NCBI GenBank assembly: GCA_000388065.2
Contig: KB932201.1
DNA from: Fonticula alba ATCC 38817
Taxonomy: Eukaryota; Protista; Nucleariida
Reading direction: 5' to 3' (one strand)
DNA: 64,000 bases
The notes under the pieces are model-generated. The model was not told the origin of the DNA and made no database searches. It saw only the letters and a program-made list of their open reading frames with translations. Every line of letters begins with the position of its first letter. The stretch's first letter is position 1. Below, one piece after another: positions 1 through 10,325 of this stretch. Made by a program: the position numbers and the translations under genes.

Positions 1-1407
1 ACCGGGGGCCGGAGTGGGGGGGGGGGGGGGGGGACGAAGGGAACCCCACGCATCCGGGCCGGGGCATTTCCGGGGCCAGGTGGTTCGGCCCACATTTTCA
101 TACGCCTCTCCGGCTCCCCCACCCGGTGTCTGCCCATCCAGAATGCCCGCGGAGGCCGTTGCTTCCCGGAGGTCTGCCGTCCGCACCCCCCCCCCCCCCC
201 CCAAGCGCAGGCCCCGACTTGGCTCTCCACGACCCAAGGCCCAGCCACATGGGAGCGACCCCACCGGCACGCGGGGAGCTGATCACTCCATGTGGTCATA
301 TGATCACACACAACTCCCCACCCCAGGCCCCGATGCAGCACTCCCGCGCGCGCGTTATGCGTCCAGGGCCGCTTCCCGCGCTCTTTGTCCGCGTCTCTCC
401 CTGTCCCGTTCTGTCTCGATGCCTGTGTGTGCGTGTGTCCTCTCTCTCTCCCACTCTCTCTCTCTCTCTCTCTCTCACTCCCTCTCGCTCTCTCTTTCCG
501 AAGGGGAAGCCACGCAGCAGGAGGGGGCGTGTCCAGACCCTGGGAGTCTTGGCGTTTCCGGGCCGGGAGGGGGGGGGGTGAAAAAACAGTGCCGCGCCCA
601 TCCCCGCGGCCTCCACCCTTTTTATGCTCGGGAGTAGTAATAACAAGTCTTGCAGCGCAACTGACGCCTGGAGATCGCGGCGGATCTTCGACCCCCGGGC
701 CCGGGGGCCCTCCTGTCTTCTCTTGCCATTGTTTCTTGCTCACTTGTCTCTCTCCCGCCCCCCCCCCCCCTCGAGATTTCTCGGAGCCCACCCGGGGCGG
801 CTATCTTGAGGGCCAGCGATTGCCCCACCCTCCCTGGTCTTTTTCCTCTTGCCCCCCTCCTGCCACTTTCTCACAAGGCAGGGGATGTTCCGTTGCCGTC
901 ACTAGCCCACATTCAGGCACGTCGGCCAGCCCCACTGTCGTCGCATGCTTATTTGTACGTTATAGTGCCGGGCTTGCCGTTTGGGGGGGGGGGGGGGCAC
1001 AGATTTCCCCCGAGCGCCGAAAGGGGACGCACATGGAGAGCACAGACAGAGGGGAATGATTTTCTTGCTATATTTGGTGCAGTTGCCATGTTGCCAGGCA
1101 GCACGAACGGCCGCGCGCGCCAATGGCCAGTGAGGGGGAGAGGACAAGCCGCAGTATGTGCAACGATCGGAGGAAGCGCGAGCGAGCCAAAGAGAGGGAG
1201 AAAGAAAGACACAAAGAAAGACAGGAGGGGGGGGGGAGGGGAGGGGAGGCGCGGAGAGGGTGGGAGAGGGTGACATAGTGCACTGACACGCCCATACCCC
1301 CGCGTGTCCACACAGGGGGGGCCGATTTCCCGGAGACAATGGGCACCATGAAAGGGCAGGAGGTCAGGGAAGAGGGGAGGAAGGAGAGTGCCCGACACGG
1401 GTGGGGA

Positions 1408-2562
1408 TTACTCGCTGCCCCCGGTGGGGGTGGCGGCGGTGGCCGACATCGACACACCGGCACCAGTCACCGAGTGATGGTGCGGGGCACGCGGCCGAGC
1501 ACCGGGGTGCCGGGGCCCCGGACGCCCGGACGCCATTCCCCCCTGTGGCACGCCGTCCGCCTGGTAGGCCAGGCCATAGGCCGCCTGCGGGGCGAGGGGC
1601 ATTCCCCCGCCGGCCGGGAACCCGGCTCCCGGCATGGTGCCATGATAGGCGTTGCCCTGGGCGCCGCGAGGATGCTGCAGAATGTGCGGCGCCGGGGGGC
1701 GCGGGGCCCCGGCATTGCGAGGCTGCCCGCCGGCGGCGGGGAACTTGCTCAGCGGCCGCTGCTGGCAGGGGACATAGCTGCTGTGCTCGGCACAGTAGAG
1801 GCAAAGGCCGGCCTTGATGCGACGCTCGCGCTCCTCCGCCGACAGGGGGCCACGGTGACGGCGCTGGCCCGATTGCTGCGAAGAGGCGGGCGCCAGGGCA
1901 GCCGGCGACTGGCCGGCCGGCTGCATGGACGGATCCGACACGGCCACCTGGGCGCCGGCCGCCCCGGAGGCCGTCAGCGACACGGCCGTCGGGGCCGACA
2001 TCGGGTCCAGGCCGTTTTGCACGTGGGCCGGCCGCGTCGGACAGGGAGCACTGCTCGGGTGCACGCCGCAGTAGGAGCACAGTCCGGAGGCGGTCCGGCG
2101 GTTGCGCTCCTCCTGAGTGAGGGAATACCGGCCGGTGGTCAGATCCAGGACTCGGCCCATGCGCAGCATCTGCATGCACTGGACATTGTTCGGGTGACCG
2201 CCGCAAATCATGCACAGCCGGTTGAGAGCCCGATCGCGCTGCTGCCGGGCATGGTCCTGCAGCGAGGGGGGCCGGAAGGCCTGAAGTGGAGGGACGCCCC
2301 GGCGAACGAGGCGCATGCAGGGAAGCGTGGCGCTGTGCTTTCCGCAGTACATGCACTGGCCCTTTTGCATGCGGGCGGCGCGCATGTCGTCGGTCAGCGG
2401 CCCGATCGACCCGTCGGCCGAGGGGGAGGACTCATCGTCAGACTGGTCGTCGATGGCCGGGCTGCCAGCCGTCAGGGCGGTCTGGTCGAAGGCCGCGTGG
2501 GGGGAAGAGCCGGCCAGGGGCTCGGTGCCGGCATCGCCGGGGGACTCGAGGTAGGCTTGCAT
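1408..2562 (-). CDS. Intronless 384-aa protein with four CX2CX2HX5C zinc-knuckle modules resembling Ty3/gypsy Gag nucleocapsid; low-complexity Q/G/P/A C-terminus
   Basis: Single ORF with ATG in a GCC-ATG context. Four modules: LTDDMRAARMQKGQCMYCGKHSATLPC, LQDHARQQRDRALNRLCMICGGHPNNVQC, LTQEERNRRTASGLCSYCGVHPSSAPC, LSAEERERRIKAGLCLYCAEHSSYVPC. Codons are C/G-ending, as in the other genes. Confidence 0.8.
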   Translation of the reverse strand: MQAYLESPGDAGTEPLAGSSPHAAFDQTALTAGSPAIDDQSDDESSPSADGSIGPLTDDMRAARMQKGQCMYCGKHSATLPCMRLVRRGVPPLQAFRPPSLQDHARQQRDRALNRLCMICGGHPNNVQCMQMLRMGRVLDLTTGRYSLTQEERNRRTASGLCSYCGVHPSSAPCPTRPAHVQNGLDPMSAPTAVSLTASGAAGAQVAVSDPSMQPAGQSPAALAPASSQQSGQRRHRGPLSAEERERRIKAGLCLYCAEHSSYVPCQQRPLSKFPAAGGQPRNAGAPRPPAPHILQHPRGAQGNAYHGTMPGAGFPAGGGMPLAPQAAYGLAYQADGVPQGGMASGRPGPRHPGARPRAPHHHSVTGAGVSMSATAATPTGGSE

Positions 2563-5500
2563 GGCAGGCGGAAGCAGGGCGGAGGGGGCCGAAGGAGGAG
2601 AAGAGGGGAGGAAAGAGAGGGGAAAAGGAGGAGGATGGAGGGATATGGGGGAGGGGGGGGGGAGGATGGGGATGGGGAGAGGGGGAGGGCGGGTGTGACG
2701 TGCAGGACGTCGTGGGTCTGCGAAGGGGTCACACGCAGAGGAGTGGAGCGGGGAGGGAGGGAAAGGGAAGAGAGAAGGGGAGGTGGAGACCGGGTGTCCC
2801 TGAAGGCCTGTGTCACAGGATGGCCAGGCAGGTGGGTGTCAACCTGAGCCCTCAAAAGCTCGGGGCCCGTGAGCCGGCCAGGGGAATCAACCCTGGGAGG
2901 GGTGTGAGGGTGTGCGTGAGGCGCCGAGACCTGCGGCCCGGCCGAGCGACGTCCCGTAACATGATGTGCGTCGAGCCGACAAGGGGGGGGGGGGGGGGGG
3001 GCGGGGGCGCCGAGGCGGGGCTGGGCCCCAGGCAGCGGGTTGGACCGGAGAGACCCCCTGCACGGACATCGGGCTGTGCACGGCTATGGCGGCGGATCGT
3101 CGGGAGCATCGTCCATCCGGAGGGGGGGCGGGGGGGACAAGAGTGACGCGTCGCTCGGCCGAACTAGGCAAGATGGCGGCCAACTGGCGCCCGCCCGGCA
3201 GTGCCGTGCGCCCCCGCCCAGCGAGAGCGCTTTGGTGTGGGAAATGGTCCGCACCCAGGGTGTATGCCTGTGTGCCAAGGGCTCTCGGCCTGCGACTGGT
3301 TGAACCGCTGGGCTTCCCGCGAAATGAGTGCGCGTGTTTTGGGAGGCCCAGCCATTCACATGCCGCCGGCCTCGGAGACGGGGGCGGCGAGGGCTGTCTC
3401 CTGCCAACCAGGGTGCGGGAGGCCGGGCCGCCCGGGGGTCCTTCGCCCGCCCGTCCCCCCCCCCCCCGGCGAGCCTCTGGGTCGGCAACACCTCTCACTA
3501 ACGGGGAGCCTGGCGCCAACAGCCCGGCGCGGGGGAAGGCCGGGACGGGGGAGATCGGCTCGCCCTTTCGAGGGCCAGAAGCTTGACTGGCCAGCGGGGG
3601 GGGGGGGGCGGGGGGCGGGAGCGAGGCGGGCGTGGTAGATGTCCATACGCCCCGGCCCTGGGGGCGGACGGGTGGTTGAGGTCTGTCTCAAACGTCGGTG
3701 TACGCGGCGCGCGTGCTCGCCTCCGGGCGACCCTTCACTCGGGCGATCCGCCACAGTGCGGCCCGGGTTCCGCCCCCCCCCCCCCGGAGGGCGTGTGTGC
3801 GAGAGAACGGGCCAGCGGGCACTGGGAAAATGATCCGGCGCCCAAGCAAGCTGCCGGGTGTGAGAAAAAAGCCATTCTTCTCCCAGCGCCAGCCAGACAA
3901 AGGACCGACCAAGGGCCGGCGGACGGCTGCAAAGGGGGGGGGGGCCGGACCCGGGGGAAGCGGATCGCGCGGGATCTCTCCCTGGTCCGCCCCCCGGCGG
4001 CATGTGCCGGGCGCCCTGTGGGTCTCCCAGGCGAGGGTGGGACCGGACCGGCCGGACACCCCCGCCCGCCCGCGGCCAGGTCATGTCTTGTGCTGTGCCT
4101 CCGCGGGCCCGGGGGGGGGGGGGGGGCACGCCGTCGGGAGGGCGCCACCCCAGCTCCGCAAGGCCGGCCGCTCTGGAGGCTTGATCTGGGACCAACTGGC
4201 GCAAAGGTCATGGGCCTTTCAGCCCCAGGGCGGCGGGGATCCGCGGTAACGGTTTGCGGGGCACTCGGAGGGTCTTCCTCGCTCCGCTGCCGCCCTCCCC
4301 GAAGGTCCACACCCGGGCCCGGGGTGCTCTAGGGCGCGCGCGCACGCGCGCCCGGCCAGATGGGGCCGGTCCTCGGAAGTATGGGAAGCCCCGGACTCGG
4401 CTGTGGTGGGGAAAACAAATGAATAAAAATACGTGGCAGACAGGAGGACAGCGCCCGTCGCCCTCCGGGGGCAGGCCCTTTCGGCGGGCTTCTCCCCGCG
4501 TGACTCGGCCCCCGGCGCCACCCCCACCCGCTCGGGCCGCTTCCCCGTCCCCTCTCCCAGGCACAGGGGGGAGGGGGGGGGATCCATTGCGCGTGTGGGC
4601 TTCCTTGCGCCATCATGCAAGCCGGCCCCCATGTTGAGGCGCCGACCAGTTTGTTGAGGCGCCGGCCAGCTTGTTGCTTCCGGGTGCGGCTTCCCCGGGG
4701 CCGCAAGCGGGCCGCCTCGGGGGACATTCGCCTTCAGGGACGACCAGGCCCCCTGTCTTTCTCGGCTTCTCTTCCGACGCATCCGCCGTGCTTCCGGGAG
4801 AGGGGGGCCCTCCCCGGGAGCGGGCGTGCACGCGCGCGCGAGCAGACATGCGCACACGCGCTTCCCCGCCAACCGCCTGGTCTGAGGCTGCAGGGGGCAC
4901 TGCCCTTCTTGCCGCCTGCCCCCCCCCCCCCCTCCCCCCCGTTCCACCCTCTGGGGTCGGCTCTGGCAGCCTTCCGGCCTGGGAGACCTTTCCCAGATCT
5001 CCCCCCCCTCCCCACCCCGGTTTCTTCCTTCCAGAGTCTGCGAGCCAGGCCCAAGGGCGCCCAGAATTTCAACGTGCTGGGTGGACCCCCGCCCAACCAA
5101 GAGCGGGGGAGGGGGCGGGGCGGACATGCCCGGGGAGCCGCCCCGAGACGGGAAACGCACAGAGCAGGCCGAGCCAGCAACGGTGATCGGGGCGCATGCA
5201 CCGCGCCCCGCACACATATGGTCACGCGACCTGCGTGGCAACGGCCACGGCCTCTTTCCTCCCCGATCCCTCATCTCCCGGCCGGTGGCGACCAAAATGC
5301 CGCTCTCACCCCTCGGCCCGACGGTCCTGCCCTCGCCCGCGCCATTGGGAGCATCTTCCCCACTTGGCATGACCCTCGCGCCTCCCTGTACCACACACAC
5401 AAACACCCCCGGCGGCAGCGCGACAGGGATAGACAGGCGTGCGCGCACGCGGCCTGCAACACACCAGAGACATGATTGTGCTTATATTTTACATCTCTGT

Positions 5501-5698
5501 GTAGGAGGGGAAGTGTTTCCTCCTCCCCCCTCTCCCCCGGCCAAACACACAACAGGGCGTGCGATGGAGGCCCCTTGCGGAAAGAGGACGGACAGGGGGA
5601 GGAGAGAGGGGAAGAGAAGAAGAGCGAGGGTGAGACACACACGCACACCCACCCACCCGAACAGGGGGGGGGGGGGAGAAGGGCGGCTCGTGCCACAC

Positions 5699-7510
5699 TC
5701 AGTTATGGCCCCAGAGAGCGGTCTCCGGCGAGGCGCCAGCGCGGGGCTGGCCGCCGACAGCAGTGCGGATGGCCTTGCCCAGGCCACCCAGGTCCAGCGG
5801 CCCGGCCAGCAGGCGCTCCGTGATGGAGGCCAAATCCAGGCCGAGATAGTTCCGGACAAAGAGGCCAACATCGGTGTTCTCGCGGTTGCCGGCCAGATCG
5901 CGCATGATGTCGCGCGCCGTGGCGGCATGGCTGCCACCATACGCATAAAGATTGACATCGGCCGCGGTATGGCCATGCGTGGTCCAGCCAAGCTCCGCAC
6001 GGACGGAGATCACCTCCCCCAGGGCAACCATCATGGCAGCCTGGTTGGCGGCCTGGCCGCCGAGCGCCAGGGTGGTCAGGTTGTCCAGCTCGGCCATGGT
6101 AAGGTCACTGACGCCCTGGTAGTTCTCGATGGTGGTCAGGACATAGGTGCGCATCTCGATCTCCGAGGGCGGGGCATCCGACCCAGACCCAGCGGCATAG
6201 GCAAAGAGGTCGGCCGCCACGAAGAAGGTCGACCGAGACACCCGAGCAATGACCTCCGGGTACCAGATGTACTCCGGATACTCCGGGGTCAGCTGCCGGC
6301 CGCCGGACAGGCCGCCGGTCTCATGGTCGGACACCGAAATGACCACGGTGCCCGGATGCTCATCGACGAACTTCTTCACCATGGCCACCACCTCGTTGTA
6401 CATGATCAGGTCATAGATGTGCGCGGCCGGGTCATTGTCATGGGCGGCATGGTCAATGCGCGAGCCCTCGATCATCAGGAAGAAGGGGGTCCGGTGGTCG
6501 CGCAGCTCTCCACCAAGGACATCCAGCGCGTAGGCGGCCATGTCAGCCAGCGAGGGCTGGTCCGTGGTGGGCCGGTCCACCTCATAAGCCATGTCGCTGG
6601 TGGAGAAGAGCCCGAGCACCGGCAGGGAGCTGGCATCACGCGGGAGAGCCGCCAGCTCGGCCGCCGACTGGACCACCGTGGCGTTGAAGATCTCGGCCGC
6701 CTCGATGCGGAGGTCACGGTCGTCCGTGCGCACGGAGCCGGGCACATCGCGCGGGATGAAGTGACGACGGCCACCACCGAGCACCAGATCGGCCATGAAC
6801 TTGAGCGGGGTCGCGCCGGCGACCTGGTGCTCGGCAATCAGGTTTTCCGAATCGCGATGGGCCACATGCGCCGTGAAGGCGGCCGGAGTGGCGTGCGTCA
6901 CGCGCGAGGTGACCACCACGCCGGTACGATAGCCAAGGACATGGGCCGCCTCGAGCAGGGTGCCACAGGGGCGGATCTCATCGGTGACAGCCACCGCGCC
7001 GTTGTAGGACTTCTGCACGCAGGAGAAGGCCGTGGCACCGGCGGCCGAATCGGTCACCAGCGACGAGGAAGACCGCGTCCGGGAAGACCCAATCAGCATG
7101 GTATCCAGGGGAAGCTGCATGCTGACCGGGGTGGTCGGGTCCGCCTGCGACTGGCGGTACTGGGCGAAGTTCCGGGCCACCGTCATCGAGGTAGGCCCGC
7201 ACCCGTCGGACACCATGAAAATCACCGCCCGCGGGGGGTGGGTGTGGTTCTTGGTCACCAGCACCACGGCCGCCACGATGGACCCGAGCACGGCCGCCAC
7301 CAGGATCGAGGCGAAGGCATAGAACCAGAGGGAGCGGCGCCCGTTGGAGTTGACGCTCATGCTCTCGGCGTCGTCATCGTCATAGGTGCCGACCGGGTGG
7401 CTGGCGATGTCGTGCGTGGCGCCCGAGTCGAAGGAGGAGGTGTTGACCGAGGCATTCCCACCTGACGGGTGGGGCACCTGGTCGGAGCCAAGAAGAGGAC
7501 TATTCTCCAT
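5699..7510 (-). CDS. PHO8: Alkaline phosphatase, Pho8-type type II membrane protein, 603 aa, intronless
   Basis: Motifs SDGCGP, VTDSAAGATAF (catalytic Ser), SRVTHATPAAF, FLMIEGSRIDHAAHDND, SDHETGG, WTTHGHT. N-terminal TM segment FYAFASILVAAVLGSIVAAVVLV. The ATG at 7510 lies just downstream of an N-gap. Confidence 0.95.
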   Translation of the reverse strand: MENSPLLGSDQVPHPSGGNASVNTSSFDSGATHDIASHPVGTYDDDDAESMSVNSNGRRSLWFYAFASILVAAVLGSIVAAVVLVTKNHTHPPRAVIFMVSDGCGPTSMTVARNFAQYRQSQADPTTPVSMQLPLDTMLIGSSRTRSSSSLVTDSAAGATAFSCVQKSYNGAVAVTDEIRPCGTLLEAAHVLGYRTGVVVTSRVTHATPAAFTAHVAHRDSENLIAEHQVAGATPLKFMADLVLGGGRRHFIPRDVPGSVRTDDRDLRIEAAEIFNATVVQSAAELAALPRDASSLPVLGLFSTSDMAYEVDRPTTDQPSLADMAAYALDVLGGELRDHRTPFFLMIEGSRIDHAAHDNDPAAHIYDLIMYNEVVAMVKKFVDEHPGTVVISVSDHETGGLSGGRQLTPEYPEYIWYPEVIARVSRSTFFVAADLFAYAAGSGSDAPPSEIEMRTYVLTTIENYQGVSDLTMAELDNLTTLALGGQAANQAAMMVALGEVISVRAELGWTTHGHTAADVNLYAYGGSHAATARDIMRDLAGNRENTDVGLFVRNYLGLDLASITERLLAGPLDLGGLGKAIRTAVGGQPRAGASPETALWGHN

Positions 7511-7535
7511 GGCCGGGGGGATGGGCGGGCAGGGG

Positions 7536-7994
7536 NNNNNNNNNNNNNNNNNNNNNNNNNNNNNNNNNNNNNNNNNNNNNNNNNNNNNNNNNNNNNNNNN
7601 NNNNNNNNNNNNNNNNNNNNNNNNNNNNNNNNNNNNNNNNNNNNNNNNNNNNNNNNNNNNNNNNNNNNNNNNNNNNNNNNNNNNNNNNNNNNNNNNNNNN
7701 NNNNNNNNNNNNNNNNNNNNNNNNNNNNNNNNNNNNNNNNNNNNNNNNNNNNNNNNNNNNNNNNNNNNNNNNNNNNNNNNNNNNNNNNNNNNNNNNNNNN
7801 NNNNNNNNNNNNNNNNNNNNNNNNNNNNNNNNNNNNNNNNNNNNNNNNNNNNNNNNNNNNNNNNNNNNNNNNNNNNNNNNNNNNNNNNNNNNNNNNNNNN
7901 NNNNNNNNNNNNNNNNNNNNNNNNNNNNNNNNNNNNNNNNNNNNNNNNNNNNNNNNNNNNNNNNNNNNNNNNNNNNNNNNNNNNNNNNNNNNNN
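7536..7994. other. Assembly gap (N run)
   Basis: N run immediately upstream of the alkaline phosphatase ATG. Confidence 1.
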
Positions 7995-9437
7995 AGGCTG
8001 GCAGAGAAGCGGCCAAGGCGCGGGCCCGGTGTGGAGGTGCGGGTGCGAGGACGGGGGGCGGAGAGGTACCTTGCCAAGGCCAGGAGGGGAGGGGAGGAGA
8101 GAGGGGAGGAGGGCAGGGAGGGGGGAACGACCCAAGGAGAGAAGGGAAAGGGGGAGGGGGGGAGGAATCGTTGCCGGGGGCTGGAGGCGAGGCGCTCCAG
8201 CCCGTCACCGGAGTGGCTGATCAGGGGGGAGGCGGGGGAGGCATGCACTGGCGCGCATCGGTCAGCGGTGGCCTGGGGGCGTGAGGGCCGGGGGGCACAA
8301 AATTCGGCCGATGCGCCGGGGCAGAGGGCCGCAGCGGGCAGATGGGTGTGCGCCTGTGTGCCTGCGTGCCTGTGTGCCTGTGTGCCTGTGGTTGTCGGCC
8401 GCGGTCATGGCCCCGTCTCGGGGTTCCGGTCCGGGCCGGGAGGAGGCTGTGCGCGGGAATTACGAAGCAGTCGCCATGCAGGCCTGGCGGGCGCACAACG
8501 GCGGGACGGGCTGCCGACGGCGCGCCCCCCGCCTGCCGCGGCGGGGCCGGGAGCAAGTCGCCCGAACCCGCGCCCCGATCCCCGGGATTTCGGCTATGGT
8601 ATCAGGCCACATTACGATAGGGCGCCGGGTCCTGTGGCCCCGGCCTACAGGGCGGGGGGGGGGCGCCTCGTGGCATGCAGGCCGATGTCCGGAAGATCCG
8701 GGCGGAGCTGCTGGTTCCCCTCCAATATGGTTGCAACGGCCACCCCCCCCCCCCCCCCCCCCACACAGGCCGCGGTCTATGGCCTCCTCCTGCACGAGGC
8801 CCAGGCGGCCGAAAGAGGAGGAGCCCCGGGGGGGAGAGAGGGGGAAGGGCGAAGGGGCGAAAGAGTCGCTCCTCCCCAGACCAACAGCACTGCCTACACA
8901 GAGAGGGCAATAACAATGTCCCAGTCCAGGGCCACTCTCAGCTGGGGCCATGCCCCGGGGATGCCACGCTTGGGTCACCCCCCCCCCCCCCCCTGCCGGG
9001 GTGGGGCGGGTCTCTCTTTGTCCCGCCCCGGCGACCTAAGTGCGGGCTGGGGCGACTTCTTGTCCCCAGCGAACGGGCCTCCGGGCCGGGGTGCCACAGC
9101 GGAAAATATAGTGGCACGTGTGTCACTCTCCACGTGTGGGATATGAGTTAACCCGATCTCCCAGCCTCGCCGCGCTTATCTGTCACAGTTACCCTCGCGA
9201 GCTGGCAAACGGCCAGTCGTGAGGGCAGGCATCGTTGGCTCAGGGGCTTGAGCCGTTGGCGTGCAGGGGGCGCGTATGTGCGTGCATTCTCCCTGCGCCC
9301 ATGCTGGCCGCAGGTGCACGCATGTGCGCTTCCCGGCCGGACCTTTACTTGCTTCCCTGGACCACGCCCCCTCTCCCTCTTCGTAAGTTGCCGGCCTGTT
9401 GTTGGCCATCTCCGTGGGAGGCCTTTGTGTCAAGCCG

Positions 9438-9502
9438 NNNNNNNNNNNNNNNNNNNNNNNNNNNNNNNNNNNNNNNNNNNNNNNNNNNNNNNNNNNNNNN
9501 NN
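9438..9502. other. Assembly gap (N run)
   Basis: N run. Confidence 1.
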
Positions 9503-10325
9503 CCCCCCCCAGGACGCAAAAAGGCAGGGTGGCAGGGACCGGGCTCTGGGGTAGGCGCTTTTGCGAGTTCGTATGTTTGTATTGTTATCTGATTTTTTTT
9601 CTGGCCAGCAGCACAGCAATCCCTCCAAGTGGCTCTGTTTTTGGGAAACGCCACACGAGCAGGGGAGCAAGAGGGGAAGCAGGAGAATACCCCCTCTTCA
9701 GGGCTTCCCGCCCCTTCCCCTGGAGGTGTGTTTCCTCCTTGCCCTGAGGGATGCTCCCCGACACATGCCGATCCCTCTCGCAGCGGCACATCGCCAGCGG
9801 AGAAGGGCACGATACACGGGGAGTGGCGGGGCGACCACCAGGTAGCCACCCGGAGAGGGGGGGGGGGCGGCGCACGACGCGCAGGGGAGAGGAAAGTGAA
9901 GGCAGCTCCCCCTGGTGCCTGTGTGTCGCCATGATTGCTGCGGTCTCTGCCTCTTCGCGGCGCAAAGGCCGAAGAAGGGCGAGGGCACGGAGGGCTGCAT
10001 GGTGCTGACGATTTCTGTTCGCCCACCTCCTCCCAGCCGCAGAGACCGGACTAGGATGGCTCTGCGAGAGAGGGAGAGAGAGAGAGAGCGCGAGCGAGCG
10101 AGGGAGAGACAGAAAAGTAGACAGGAGGACGGCAGATGTGTTTGGAGGGAGAAAGAGAGACGGAGAGAGAGGGGGGGGGGGAAGAGAAGGGCGCAAGTGA
10201 GCGCGGCGCCCGGGCAAGGCGCCAGCTCTTATGCTTCTCCATGTGGGCATGAGTGCCGTGTGGGAGCCCCCTCTCTTGAGCGTGACCCTCTAAGCGCGCG
10301 TTGCCGCCATTGGGCCACACCACGC

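Noticed and set aside
625-700. tRNA-like stretch containing TTCGA
   Set aside because: No GTTC T-loop context, acceptor stem or D-arm pairing.
1339-2847. 502-aa plus-strand ORF, and similar long ORFs at 5081-7465, 21927-23231, 29712-31292 and 33959-36130
   Set aside because: These are antisense shadows of real genes. GC-rich codon usage suppresses stops in the opposite frame, and they carry no domain motifs.
1-5600. LTR retrotransposon around the Gag-knuckle gene
   Set aside because: I could see no capsid, protease, RT, integrase, paired LTRs, PBS or PPT, so it is called a host CDS and not a mobile element. The left flank is cut by the window edge.
7357-8284. Long ORFs spanning N runs (also 13399-14798, 17449-20084, 53422-56350)
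   Set aside because: They stay open only because N codons contain no stops.
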